A stretch of 64,000 nt of DNA from Mobula hypostoma (taxonomy: Eukaryota), in assembly GCF_963921235.1 (NCBI RefSeq), contig NC_086108.1, positions 50,842,001 to 50,906,000 of the forward strand. The letters run 5' to 3'. Below are positions 1-13,600 of the stretch, piece by piece; position 1 is the stretch's first letter, and each line of letters begins with the position of its first letter. The notes beneath the pieces are model-generated. The model was not told the origin of the DNA, ran no database searches, and was given only the letters and a program-made list of their open reading frames with translations. The position numbers were made by a program, and so were the translations under genes.

Positions 1-399
1 GACTCGTAAACCTTAAATTTGTAGTCAGGAATCTGCCAGTTAAAATCTGAGCATAAAATCTGAGCATCATACCACAGCAACTTTAAAAAGGTACATTGGT
101 CTTAAAGTTAATGCACTCCAGGATAAGATCACAGAAACGAGAAAGGCTAGACCAGTAAGAAATACCTGTATTTTTGAAACTGTACACCAAATTCACACGC
201 CCTAATTTGTCTTGAGTAATTGCGAAACTGAAGTTGCCTCAAAATATACCTTTTTAATTTCTTATTAACAGAAAGATTAGTCTGACAATAGGTGAAGGAA
301 AAATTAAATATACATTAAATCAAAGTAAGAGGCAGTTAACATTTCCAGAAATAGCAGCAGGCCTGTTGATTGAGAGTATTTTAAAACTCAGCAAAAGAA

Positions 400-857
400 A
401 GCCAAGCAAGGGAAAATGGAACTGAGCCAGTAAACTAGCAGAAAATGTTTAAGTAAACCTGCAAAAGCTTCTTCAGATCCATAACAAGTATAGGATGATT
501 AAAAGCAAATGTGAGACCCCTGTAGATATGAGAGTTTATAAAGAGGAAGAAGCAAATGGCATAGAACTCAAATGCAATTTTAGAGTATACATCTGTGGAA
601 AGGACAGAATTCTGCCAGAAATACTAGAGAACCAAAGCTTAGTGAGAATGGGAGCTTAAAAGAAAGTTAACATTTGTTTATTTTTTAAGAAAAGGTATTA
701 GATAAATTGTTAAGATTGAAAGCTGGTAAATCCCAAACATCTGACAACCTACATCACAGAATTTTGAAGGCAGGGGCTTTGGTGAAGGTTTATATGAATT
801 TCATTGTTCAAACTTTTATAGATTCTAGAATTGATTCAGTAGGTTGGAGGGCAGCAA
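400..857 (+). mobile_element. Old, degraded CR1 LINE ORF2 fragment
   Basis: Translation around 690-770 (EKVLDKLLRLKAGKSQTSDNLHHRILK) parallels CR1 EKVLGKLKRLKVDKSPGADGVHPR seen in the 1973-2497 ORF; ends where a younger CR1 tail begins. Confidence 0.65.
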
Positions 858-3800
858 TAAGATATAGGAGCAGAATTACGCCATTTACCACACCGTCTGC
901 TCTGCCAATTCATCATGTTTGATCCAAATTTCCTCTCAGTCCCAATCTCCTTCCTCCTCATCTTATCTCTTCATGCCCTGATCAATCAAGCCTCAAATAT
1001 ACATAAAAACTTGGCCTCTATGACTGCCTGTGGCAACAATTTCCACAGATTCACCACTCTCTAGCTAAAGAAATTCCTGCTCATCTCTGCTCTGAAAGGA
1101 TGCCCCTCTATTCTGAGGCTGAGTCCTCTGGTCTTAGACTCTCCCACCATAGGAACATCCTCTCCACATCCACTCTATCAAGGCCTTTCAACATTCGATA
1201 GATTTCAATGAGGTCACCCCTTATTCTTCAGAATTCTAGTGAATATGGGCCCAGAGTCATCAAATGCTCTTCATATGACACGTCATTTAATCTTAGCATC
1301 ACTTTTGTGAACCTCATTTGAACCCTCTCCAGTTTCATCACATCCTTTCTAAAGTAAGAGGCCCAAAACTTCTCACAGATGAGGCCTCACCAGAACTTTA
1401 TAAAGCCTCAATATTACATCATTGCTTTTATATTCTAGTCCTCTTGAAATGAATGCTAACATTGCATTTGCCTTCCTTATCACAGATTCAACTTACAAAT
1501 TTAACCTTTCGGGAATCCTGCACAAAAACTCTCAAGTGCATTTGCGCATCAGTTTTTTTAATATTTTCTCTCTATTTAGTAAAAGGTCAACCCTTTCATT
1601 TCTTCTACCAAAGTGCATGGCCATACACTTCCCAGCATATATTCTATCTGCCATTTCTTTGCCCATTCTCTTCATCTGTCCAAATCCTTCTGTAGCCTCT
1701 TTACCTCGTCAACACTACCTGCCCCTCCACCTATCTTCAATCATTTGCAAACTTTTCAACAAAGCCTTCAATTCCATCATCCAAATCATTGACATATAGA
1801 GCAAAAATAAACGGTCCCAACACAGACCCCTGTGGAACACTACCAGTCACTGACAGCCAAGCGAAAAATGCTCCTTTTATTCCCACTCTTTGCCACCTGC
1901 TAATCAACTACTGTTTTATCCATGCTAGAATCTTCTCTGTAATACCATGGGCTCGTAACTTGTTAAACAGCTTCATGTTGGCACCTTGTCAAAGGCCTTC
2001 TGAAAATCCAAGTACACAACATCAACCAATTCTCCTTTGTCTATCCTGCTTGTTGTTTCTTCAAAGAACTCCAACTTTCCTTTGCAGAAACCATGGTGAC
2101 TACAGCTTATTTTATCATGTGCCTTCAAGTACCCTGAGACATCATCCTTAATAATCAACTCCAACATCTTCCCAACCAATGAGGTCAGACTTACTGGCCC
2201 ACAGTTTCCTTCCTGCTGTCTCTCTCCCATCTTGAAGAGTGGAGTGACATTTGCAATTTTCCAGTCTTCTGGAACCATTCCAGAATCTAGTGATTCATGT
2301 AAGATCATTACTAATGCCTTCACGGACTCTTCAGTCACCTGTTTCTGAACCCTGGGGTGTACACCATCTGCTCCAGGTGACTTATCTACCTTCAATCTTT
2401 TCAGTTTCCCAAGAACCTTCTCTCTGGTTATGGTACCCCCTGACACCTGGAACTTCCACCATACTGCTGGTGTGTTCCACATTGAAGACTGATGCAAAAT
2501 ACTTATTCAGTTCATCCGCCGTTTCGTTGTCCCCCACCGCCCCATACCTATCTCTCCAGCATCGTTTTCCAGCAATCCAATATCCACTCTCATCTCTCTT
2601 TTAAACTTTATGTATTCATAGAAACTTTTTGCATCCTCTTTATTATTATTGGCTAGCTTATGTTCGTCTTGCATCTTTACCTTAATTACTTTTATAGTTG
2701 CCTTCTGTTGGTTTTTAAAAGCTTTCCAATCCTCTAACTTCCCACTATTTTTTACTGTATTATATGTCCTCTCTTTTGATTTTATGTTGGCTTTGATTTC
2801 TCTTTATCCACGGCTGTGTCATCTTGCCTTTAGGATACTTCTTCCTCTTTGGGACGTATATATCCCGTGCTTTTCAGAAATTCCAGCCATTGCTGCTCTG
2901 CTGTCATCCCTGGCAGTGCTCTTTTCGAATCAATTCTGGGCAACTCCTCTCTCATGCCTCTGTAGTTCCCTTTTCCTCACTGTACTACTACTGATACATC
3001 CGACTTTAGCTTCTCCTTCTCAAATTTCAGGGTGAATTCAATCATATTACGATCACTTGGCATGTCTTTTCTATCTCCCATTGTAATTTATAGACTATAT
3101 CCTAACTACTGTTTGGTGGTCTGTACACAACTCCCATCAGGTAGTTTTATCCTTGCAGTTCCTTAGCTCTATCTACAATGATTCAACGTCCTCCAACCTT
3201 ATTCACCTCTTTCTAATGATTTGATTTCATTTTTTACAAACGGAGCAAAGCTGCCCCCTCTGCCTTCCAGCCTACCTTTCGATACAGTATGTATCCTTGA
3301 ACATTAAGCTCCCAGCTATAATATTCTTTCAGCCATGATTCAGTAATGCCAATACCTGCCAATTTACAACTGTGCTGCAAGTTCATCTACCTTATTCCAT
3401 ATGTACGCCCATTCAAATACAACACCTTAGTCCTGTATTCCCCCGTTTCGATTTTGTCTGCCCTTTACGTTGCAACTCATCCCATTGATTGCAACTTTGC
3501 CCCATTAACATCCTCTCCTCACTACACATTGCCTCTGTTTGTAAACCAGAAACCTCATCTTCAGCACCATTAACCGCCTCTCCTACGATACTTCTTGCAT
3601 TGAAATATATGGAGCTCAGGACACTAGTAGCACCATTTTCAACCTTTGTATTCCTAACTTTGTCTGATGTCTTACCAATATCTGCCTCCACGACTTCTCC
3701 ACTAACTGTTTAGCACTCTGGTTCCCATCCCCCTGCATCTCTAGTTTAAACCTCATCATGCAGCATTACCAAACCTTCCCACTAACTTAGTACCTTTAAC

Positions 3801-3860
3801 TTAGTAACTCCCTGAACTGCCTATGCAGAACCTCACCACCCATCCTACCCATGTCATTGG
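858..3860 (-). mobile_element. CR1 LINE, internally deleted and frameshifted (APE endonuclease + RT + 3' tail)
   Basis: Minus ORF 1973-2497 has PEDWKIANVTPLFK...VDVVYLDFQKAFDKVP (RT); 3413-3691 has IYFNARSI (APE start); CR1 3' tail reverse complement from 858. Confidence 0.92.
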
Positions 3861-4563
3861 GTACCCCCCCCCCCATTAAATATGTTGAAGCAATACCTTA
3901 CGATGTGTCAGCCAGGACATTTAGGTTTTGATTTTGATATTTAGTCAACAGTATTTAAGAAGTTCCTCCAATTCCACTAGAAGCCTCCAAATTAAAATTC
4001 CCTGGTCACTGTAAACAGCCTCTGTAATAATATCTAAGGCATTTTTATGACATCTCGTTAAACTTATTTCTTTCTCTTGAATGTAGTCATTTATTTAAAA
4101 TTATGGCTGGTCTTCCATAGGAACTTGGTGCACAAATATCTTAGTTCACTATGTGGTTCAGGTAGACCAAAAGTTCTTATGTAAGGTCTACCTACAGATT
4201 TCGTACCTCAAAAATAGATCTGGAAAAGAAACTCATCAACTTTCAATGGGGAAAATTTAAATTATCCCCCTTTAAGCTATTGAGGGCCTCTTAGAATTGT
4301 AGAAAAACTAAAAATGTACTGCTTATTCTAGTACTTAAACTAACTCACAAGCCAAATTTCGGATTTCAAGATTGTTTCATTACTGACCTATGGCATGACA
4401 CAGGTTTGTTCTATTTTATTACATGTCTATAGATTGGGAAGGGAATCCTATAAATTTTCAGTGGCCTCACCCTTCAACAGTGCACCAAAGCCCTTAGCAT
4501 AAAGTACTCATCCGTCAGACTGATTCATTGGCTATGAAAAGTATGGATAACATTTTCCTTCAG

Positions 4564-4626
4564 AACTTGAGGCCGAGCACTTTCGTCTATGGCCTACACT
4601 TTACATTTATGGACAGTAATTCCATC
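4564..4626 (+). other. Candidate 63-nt spliced exon (NLRPSTFVYGLHFTFMDSNSI), gene unidentified
   Basis: ttttccttcag acceptor and gtgagt donor bracket one open phase-0 frame in non-repetitive sequence; no protein family recognised. Confidence 0.3.
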
Positions 4627-5689
4627 GTGAGTTTCCTTCACTGCCTGTTCATCTCTTACAAAAAGTATATTCCTTGGAATGTAAATGCCCTGTCTTAGCA
4701 ACTTTGTAAATCTCTTCATGAGAAAGGCAATAATCTCACAAACTGTGCCAACAAATCGATGTACTCCTTGGCATTTTCTCACCAAGTGTATTTTTAATTG
4801 TCGCTATCAGAGTAAAATTCAATATATTTTTGGTAGACTAACTTAAAACTCCCGATTAAACATTTATAGCTTTCAGACTCACCTTTACTTAATTTTAACT
4901 TTCTGTTCATAGCCAGCATTTCTCATTTCTCTTCTTATTTCTAAACTCAGTACGGCCATATCGATGCTTCCAGAATGCTTGCGAGCTCAGGCACAAATAT
5001 CTCGGATTGAAAATGGCAGCACACAGACTTGTTCAGTCGGAATCTTGAATGCATTTGTGTTTCAGATGAACTAGGCCTATACATGTTTTGATTAGAGATT
5101 TTCCACTTAATGATACTGCAGCAAGTGACACTAAGAAAGTAAGAGGAGTGCAAAAAGTCACATGACATCAACTCGTCTCCTCTTTAAGACTACTGTTTGG
5201 AAAAGTTAGTTACAACTTTACATAAGTAGGGTGCCATAAAACGTGTGGGATGTGTGGCGGTGAGGTAGATGGAAGAGAATTAAGAAATTTGCTCCTATAA
5301 TGACACTGTGAATGCAACTAAAATGTGCTTTATATTTTTGTATTTTTCATATATTAGATTAATACAAATTATTTATAACATAAAGACTTGGCTGTTCACC
5401 TCAACAACAGACTTGTGGAAAAACAACACCAAGGCTGTTTACAAGAAGGGGATGAGAGCAGACTCTAAGGAAGTATATATATATTTCTTTTCATATTTTT
5501 TTCAGTTTCTGCTTGTAATGTTTAAAACATAAGGCACCATGGTGAAAATGGTTTAGTCTTTAGTTGTCCATGCATTACTAATATTTGATTTGTCCTATTT
5601 GAAACAAGTCAATTAAAATAAGTGATAAATGACAATCAGCAGTACTGAGGTGTAACATTGCTGACCTGCATCTCCTTGCACTCATCTCC

Positions 5690-6035
5690 ATGACCTACTG
5701 AATAAGCAGCGGGGCACCCTTTCAAACAGGCTTATTTATCTCCGCGGTCACAAAGATCGTTACAGAAAATCTTTCCTACCAGATGCAATAAGCATATACA
5801 CCAGGAGAACACACATCATAGTACAATAGTCTCTGTTTTATTACTTCATACATTATTATTGCACCGGTAAATTACTATTTTGTATATTATTATTCCATAA
5901 TTTATTATTAGTTAATATTATTATTATATTTATTATTATTGCTAAGTGTATTTTTAAATGCTGCTGTAATGAAATAATTTCCAACTTGGGATCAATAAAG
6001 TACTTATTATTATTATTATTATTAATATTATTATT
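5690..6035 (+). mobile_element. Rex1/Babar-like LINE 3' end with (TAT)n tail
   Basis: RYRKSFLPDAISIY-type C-terminal coding remnant, then gggatcaataaagta and a (tta)n tail. Confidence 0.7.
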
Positions 6036-6548
6036 ACATAAAGAGTATAATTGCCCAAAATACCAGCTAATAAGTCAGAGGCAATCAAACGGTGGAGGAA
6101 ACTGGCCCTGATGTTTTCAATTATATATTTTCCATATAATTTTACATTATTTCAACCTCTTGCTTTTTTTACAGTTTGAATTGGAAGTACTGGTGGTGTT
6201 TCTCAGCTGTGGTTTCTTTTCGGAGAAGGATGGCATGATTGAGACCATTCTCCAAATCCAAGTAGGCATAGTTTGTAAACATTTCCTAAAGGAGTTCATG
6301 TCAATTAATGTGAAACTCATAAAGGGGGATTGATTCCATCTGACACACAGAGGCCAAGTGATGCAGATGAAAGCATGAGGTCAGCCTGAAGTTTGGTGAA
6401 TTTGTCAAAGACAAAGCGTATTGTACCTATAACTTTATGGTAAGTGGCAGGAAGATGCAGGTCAGCAAAGTTACACCTCAGTACTGCTGATTGTCATTTA
6501 TCACTTATTTTAATTGACCTGTTTCAAATAGGACAAATCAAATATTAG

Positions 6549-6743
6549 CAACTCACACAAAATACTGCAGGAACTCAGCAGGCCAGGCAGCATCCATGGA
6601 AAAAAGAAAAGTCGATGTCTCGGCCCGAAATGTCAGCTGTACTTTTCTCTATGGATGCTGCCTGTCCAGCTGAGTTCCTTCAGCATTGCGTGTGCCTTGC
6701 TTGGATTTCCAGCATCTGCAGATTTTCTCTTGTTTGTGTTTTG
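6549..6743. mobile_element. Penelope-derived short foldback element (inverted terminal repeat unit) with AAATATTAG TSD
   Basis: Arms cacacaaaatactgcaggaactcagcaggccaggcagcatcc and ggatgctgcctgtccagctgagttccttcagcattgcgtgtg; TSD 6540-6548 and 6744-6748 plus 7354-7357. Confidence 0.85.
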
Positions 6744-6748
6744 AAATA

Positions 6749-7351
6749 CAGGTATGCATCACTTAACACTCACGATATGTTCTGTGAAATCGGTCATTAT
6801 GTGATTTGGACGTTGTGCGATCACCACATTGTATACTTAACAAACCTATATGGAGTACTGTAGTACCTGTATTGACTAAATCCACGTCATTAGCAATTTC
6901 TCCATATCTGATAAAGGTCCCTCTCGCATTTTCATGAGCCTCGTAGTTTTCAGTGAAGCAGATCCTTTAACAGCTTCGAGAATTTTTTCTTTGTTTTTCA
7001 GGATCGATGTGAATGTCGAGTGCAACATGCCTAAATCCCGAGCAATAGCATTCACTGATTTTCCACCTTCATGTTGTTTAATAACCTTTTGTTTCACTTC
7101 CAAATCAATACTCTTCCTTTGCCTCTTGCTGCTGCTATCACTAGGAGTGGTTTTGCTGCGTTTGGAAGCCATGATGCACTTTACGGTAATATTTTTGAAA
7201 GAAAATTAAACAGAGAGATAACGATACTATACTCAAGAGATGTGCAATACACGAGATTGGTTACATCCGCTACATCACGTTCTCCGATCCGGACTACAGA
7301 TGTATATGTGATCGGACGTTGCCCGAATGGACATTAAGCGGCGCACACCTG
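6749..7351 (-). mobile_element. Tigger3-like (pogo/Tc1-mariner) DNA transposon, internally deleted, retaining the transposase N-terminal CENP-B-type HTH
   Basis: TIRs CAGGTATGCATCACTTAA and TTAAGCGGCGCACACCTG flanked by TA; ORF 6876-7172 RKSIDLEVKQKVIKQHEGGKSVNAIARDLGM...MEKLLMTWI. Confidence 0.92.
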
Positions 7352-9289
7352 TATTAGTAATGCATGGATAACTAAAGTCTGAACCATTTTCATCCAGGTG
7401 TCTTACGTTTTAAACATTATGATCAGAAACTGAAAAAAAATCAAAAGAAGTAAATATATATTTTTCAGAGAGCAAATACCAACAAAGAAAGCCACTCAGA
7501 TTCTTCATGGGATGTTTGTGACATACTCACCAAATACACTGAGACTTCTAACATACAGCATATGCAAGATCATTAAAGAAAAATATTAATAGCATAATTA
7601 TGAGCCAAATTGATGGCTGGCAATACTGGATTTAAGCCTTGCTTTACAGAATTAGCACTGAAACCCACGCTGTTGTTGCACAGGACTGAGGTGTAGTCAG
7701 ACTCGTGTGAAAAGCTTATGTGGACAGAGAAAATGAAGTGAAAGTGGTTCAATTGCACAAGATAATTGTGTTACTCTCAATAATTGAGCATATTTTATGT
7801 TTGAAAATAAGTCCAGGGAACATTGTATAGAAAAGTCAAACCATGTGAATAAAGGGGAACCATTACAAGGCAAATGTAAATGCAAATATATACGCAATCT
7901 GTACGAGGAATAAAATAAATATTTTCAAAGTACTTGTGTAGCAGATAAATAATTCTAGATGGGATAAGGAGTTAAGATAAGGTTAAAAGATTTCAATTTA
8001 AGTTATTTCACTTACAATTGTGCAGCAGATTTATTGCTTCTGAATTTCCTTCCATAATCCTGATTCAATTTATGCTCACAATCCAACTCCTCGCTCACTG
8101 GCTCTGAGGGAAATTCTCCTGCCCTGATCTTTGACCCTCATGTCGTTTCCCCTCAGGTTTGTTCTCTGATTTACTGGTGCCCTTCCCTCTCTGGCACTTG
8201 TCATATTTTCGGCATGCGGCAGAGTTATGAATGAAGTGGAGTCTGGGTAGAATATGATTGTGATGTGGGAGGAAACCACCATAGAGACAGTTCTTGGAGG
8301 AACAACAGTGAATGGGCAAAGGAAGGCAGCAATCGCCGCCTTTCACAATGATTCTAGATCAGCATACCCATTCTGATTATCCTTGTGTTATCAGTGCTGG
8401 CAAATTGATTGATTTATTTTTCAAGTTGCCTTCATTCTTTTGAGTAAGGTGAAGAAATGCAATATTCTAAAAACATCAGTGACAAAATGATCCGTTCATA
8501 AATTTCAATGTATGCACATGTTCTTAAATTTGAAGTCCCCTAACTCATTGTTGCAGAAATGATAGAACAGGTAAAATCCAGTTGAAGTGTTTGCCTTTGT
8601 TCATTGTTGTCTAAATTGGAAGCTAAATCCCAACATGCAGATAGTACAAAGAACTACTATCTTCTTTGTAGTAAAGCGCATTTCCTGAGGCAATCACTGA
8701 AAAACTTTGCACACTGCTGGCAAAAGCAGCAGACATTTGGACAAAAGCACTGTTATGCTAAGGTCAGAACAAGGTGGTGCTCTTAACGTGAGTAAACCTT
8801 ACATATGTGTGAAGTTTCAGTGATGATTCATCTCAGACAAAAATAGTAAACTTTATTTATAGCATTATAGTATGAGATCATTTATAGCTCAACACTCCTT
8901 CAAATATTTTTCATGAGTCAGAATTTACTCCAATACTAAATACATGAACACCTAACTCCATGGTAATATAAACAAGAGACAAATAAATTGCCGCACCTTA
9001 AATGTATCAAGCAAAATCACACATTCTATCAAAGCTGTAGGAATTCTTTTTGTGAATTGAAGCTTAACATGAATATTTGTGAAGCTAGAAATAAGCTTGT
9101 CTATAAATAGTTACAATCAATTTGTCAACTATGATGAAATAAAATAGATTATTGACATAGGGTTGAGACCATCTTGGTGTTAACCTGCTGAGTAGGAGAC
9201 AGAACTGATTTTGGTCTTTGTTTTCTTAACACGTTCAATTCCCAGAGGGACAATCAATCTGCGGGTCATACTTGGCGTGGGACCAGGGG

Positions 9290-9820
9290 AGGGGGAAAGG
9301 AATTAATGATGTTTTGTGTCAAAACCCCTGTATCAGGACTGAGAGTGGAGAGGCAAGATGGCTAATATAACAAGGGGAAGATAAAACAAGAGTCTGAGGT
9401 GACTTGGAGGATGTGGGGGGCGGGGGGAGGGAGGAATGAGGTGATAGGTGGGTTGTGCCAGGTAGAGGAGAGGAGCTGGGAGACAGTGGCTGGCTGGTGA
9501 ATGATAGTTTGGGGCATACAAAGAGAGAAAGAAAGTTATCTTCCCCATCTCAATCCAACAATCACTCCTGTCTCACCACTCTCCTTCACCTCTTTATCCT
9601 GGCCATTTTCCCTCCCCACTCTCATTCTAAAGCTGGGCTTCGAACCGGAACGTTAAATATCCTGTCTCTTCAGGACAGACACACCTCGAACAGACTTCAC
9701 TGTGGAGCAGCAAATCGTAAGCACGAGAGTTTCTGCAGATGCAGGCTGGGGCTCCTCGACCTGTTGAGTTCCTCCAGCAGATTGTTGCTTGATGTTCCAG
9801 CATCTGAAGTCTGTCCTGTT
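9290..9820. mobile_element. Degraded Penelope-like inverted terminal unit
   Basis: Purine-rich arm followed by pyrimidine-rich arm, decayed hammerhead remnants, and ctgttgagttcctccagca terminal motif. Confidence 0.65.
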
Positions 9821-10577
9821 TAAATTTCTGTTCCATTTTTAACTGAGGCATCTGAGGGTACTGTAAATGGTCTTTGGGTGAGGGACAGTGGATTAGAGAT
9901 AGTGCAGATATGTCAGAGTTTTTGTGTTTCATTACTTTACAATGATGATGCCTTATTGGAAATTACCTATGAACCTGTGTGTATTTACATGTGTGAGAGA
10001 TTCCTTACATATATATTTATATGTATGTATATACTTGGAGGAATTCATATGCATATGGAAGGTCATACACCTCATGCCCCATTCTGACCCTCTGGTTGGT
10101 GCACTTTCATTTCAATAAAAACAATGGGAATTCTCTGTACTTGCTTGTCATTAGTAGGTCTTTTCAACTGCTCTGCTCCTAAATATTTGGGTATAAATTT
10201 ACACCAGGAACTGCATAAAATATTGTCTGTCTTACTTGGATTGAACATAGTTTGCAGCATTAAATGTTCCAAAGTGCTCAACAAATATTGAAAAGTATTT
10301 CCACTTTAGTCCACAAGTACTAAAGAAAGAATGTCAATCAATTACTGACCAGATTTTGTTTTGGGAGAAATTATTAGAGATTTTATTTGAGAGAAATGTT
10401 TGCTAGAGTGCTAGATGTGCTCCTCTGCTCCTCTTTGAGCCTTGTCAAGTTAGGTTTTGGATTTGCTTGAGGTCTCATTTTAACACATCATGCAAAGAGA
10501 GCACCTCAGGAAATGCAAGTTGATTGCACCACTATGAAGCCTCAATATAGATGACATCAAAATTAAAATAATATATA

Positions 10578-11235
10578 TGAACCCCCTGGTTTCCTTAGCT
10601 GAGTAAGTCTCGGGAAGACGACCTCCGGCCCCGCCAAACCCGTGAGGTTGAGGCGCGTTCGATCCTACCCCAAACCACAGTTTGTGTGGATGCTGTGTTT
10701 TTTGCTACCCTGTTACAAATTAATGCCATGAAATACCAGAGAATACACTGCATAGAATTAAAGGAATTATATTTATGAATCTTAACTAAAGGGTTAGTAA
10801 AGAATAACAAAAGGAAAAGGGCTCATTCTAATTAAACAGTCAAATGTGCACAAGTTGGAGCTCATCTTGAACTTTTCTGTCACTCACGCACTGGGCCCTC
10901 GGTCAGCGTGAAAGCACACACCACCTTCCAAACGTCGCTAGCAATCCATCTCAAACAAACGGGTCTCCCACCGGATCGTATGCTACGACCGGTTCTCCCC
11001 AGTATCTTCTCTCATCATCTCCTCACAAACCAAAGCCCCAAGCCCAACCTTAGTGTCCCTCACTAGAGAAACCTCCCCTTAATCCAATCATCCTAATCAG
11101 ATGGCACACATTCCTCCTCTCCCTTATCTTCAACAGTAACCCAAACAAGCTGGAAACAGAACAGATTGCTCTTACAGAACTGCCAAAATGAAATACATAC
11201 AGCATAACAGTAAAAATATGAGCCAGGGCATTACA
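10578..11235. mobile_element. Solo LTR (Gypsy-like)
   Basis: TG...CA ends with imperfect terminal inverted repeats (TGAACCCCCTGGT / AGCCAGGGCATTACA) and a 4-bp TATA TSD at 10574-10577 and 11236-11239. Confidence 0.75.
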
Positions 11236-11239
11236 TATA

Positions 11240-11620
11240 TAAAGTGCAGATATTGGAAATCTGAAATAAAAGTAGAATGCTGGAAATACTCAGCAGATCA
11301 GGTAGCATCTGTTAAAAGAGAAATAACTAATAATTCATGTTCATCAGAACGAGGAAATAGGGTAGAAATGGTGAGAGGTGGGTGCTGGTTGGATAGCACA
11401 AAAGGAATATCAGTGATGTGTTGCCATTGGGATAAATTGTAGAAGTCATCTTGCTGACTAATTACTTGGCATAATTGGAGAACGAACAGAAACAAAAGAG
11501 CATAAGGTTGCAAAATGCAGAGAAGAAGGAAGTGCTCAATTAGTCAGATTGTGCAAGTGGAAGTAAAAAAACGGAGTCTATGTCGTCAACGGGTGAAGGA
11601 TGATCAATTTCCCTCACCTC
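11240..11620 (-). mobile_element. Old Penelope-like 3' fragment
   Basis: gcagatattggaaatctgaaataaaagtagaatgctggaaatactcagcagatcaggtagcatct terminal motif followed by a purine-rich tract. Confidence 0.55.
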
Positions 11621-12869
11621 TGTTCTCTCTTGCCTCCTGTTCTTTTTAATATAGACTGTGAATTGATTCATACAGCAGGGCCTACAGCTGCAGCCTTCTA
11701 CTTTTTGACGACACGAAGATGACCCTCTACCTTACTGTGTGGGCAACTAGCCTGCACTGTGAAGGAGCACTAAGTGTTTATTTGAATACAAAACTAATTA
11801 GAGTTCTAAATAATAACAGAAGACAGCGGAGCCACAGAGAAAATGCTGAAAGTGTCTGTGAATGTTTCACTGTCAGTCAGTATAGTTTGGCTCTCTGCTT
11901 TTATTTGCCCTGCCAATAGTTTGGAGTCCATTTGTGGAGCAGCTTACATTTTCTTATTAGTAAATATGAAATACTTGTTTTAGTTTCTTTCTAATACCTT
12001 ATAATATCTTAAACTGCTCAATGGTCACTGAAACTGTGGTCAACAATTTTACCACAGCAACTGTGGTAACAGTGCCCTATGATTGACTTGGAACTTTCAG
12101 GGGGTTGGACAAGCCAGCAGTTAAGTATTGGCAGGAATATTGGAGAACCCCTTACAATAATGTTACTGTGAGATAAAATCTCTTAAGTATAACTGAAAAG
12201 GCAATGGAGCTGAAAGACAACACTACTAAAATATAGTCCCAGGCAATGCTATGTTGACCTGTCCGCACTAATAATCTGCTCAAACCTCTGGAGCAGTTCA
12301 TGAACTCATTACCTAATCTGAGGGGTGGAGTGTACATACAATAAAGATTATCTATAGTCCGTGTGAGGTGACAGGATATGGTAATTTACGTCAGTCAGTA
12401 AGAGGATTTCACTCTACTGGTTTGGCTTAATATTTATTAAACATAATAAAGCCTTTCATTACAGCAGATAAAGCGGTAATTGTCAAGAATGCTTTCCAAA
12501 TGAATTACAGATCATTATCTCAAGGTATTGCTCCCAAAATATGTACAGACATTCAATTTCACAGAATGCACACAGCAAACAACTTCAGTATTTCAGTCAA
12601 CGTGATTTAAAAGGATAACTGAATGTGATAAAGTATGGATTATTTCTACATTTGAAGGTTTTAGAACAATGAAGTGCAGTTTTAAAATTACAATAGGGCC
12701 ATTTGGGAGTGAAATTGAGAAGCAATTTCCCACACAATGGTTAAACGAGATTTGGATACTATATGTTCCATCAGAGTGACTGCCATTGATATCAATGTAG
12801 TATGTGATTAAGAAAGGCACCAAGGAGCTTTGGTAAAACTGAATAAAATAGCATTAAGGGCAGAACATT

Positions 12870-13600
12870 CTAATGTTGGAGTCATACAGGAGAAAAGTGG
12901 TTGCTGTTGTTGATCATCCCAGCTCAAGGACAGGACATGAATACAGTTCTTCTTACCTGCTTCATCAATGGCTTTCCTTCCATCATGAGACTGTAAGTGT
13001 TGATTGGATAATGTTCAATTCTATTAGCAATTTCTCAGCAAAAAAAGAAGCCAGTGGCTACAGTTAACAAGATTTAAGTTCCCATTCAGGCATGGGCTGA
13101 TATGTGACAACAAACATTAGCACCACAAAATCACTGGGCAATGACCAACTCCAACAAGAGAGGATTTAAACGGATGTCCTTGACATTCAGTGGTATTAAC
13201 ATCGTTCACTTCCCCACCAGCAGGAGCCTGGGCTCACTTCTAACAGTGAAGTATGTCTGAGAGACAGGCATCTTGCCATTAATGATTAAACTTCAGACAC
13301 CCTGGAGACTTTTTCCCATTAACAAGGTACAACTCAGACATGTGATGGAGTTCTCTCCACCTGCCTGGATGCTCCAGATCTTTAAAGAAGCTCAGTACCA
13401 TCCATGACAGAGAACCCATTTAATAGGCATCTCATCAACAGCCAAGACATTAATTCCTTCTACAGGTGGTGTGCAGGCTGGCAGCAAGTCTTTGAAAGCA
13501 CCATCACCTGAAGGTTCCTTTCCAGCCTGCGATCATCCTAACCCAGGAACACCAAATGATTCAGAAAGGCTGCTCTTAAGGACAATTAACGTTGGCAATA
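12870..13600 (+). mobile_element. Old CR1/L2-group LINE RT 3' fragment
   Basis: Decayed ...IQAWAD.WQ..FAP.K..AMT.SNKR-like sequence at 13080-13200. Confidence 0.6.

Larger units (their letters stand above)
5462..7472. repeat. Long inverted repeat pair (~215 bp arms): left ~5462-5682, right ~6441-6548 plus 7354-7472
   Basis: 6445-6548 is the reverse complement of ~5578-5680 and 7354-7470 is the reverse complement of ~5465-5583. Confidence 0.9.
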
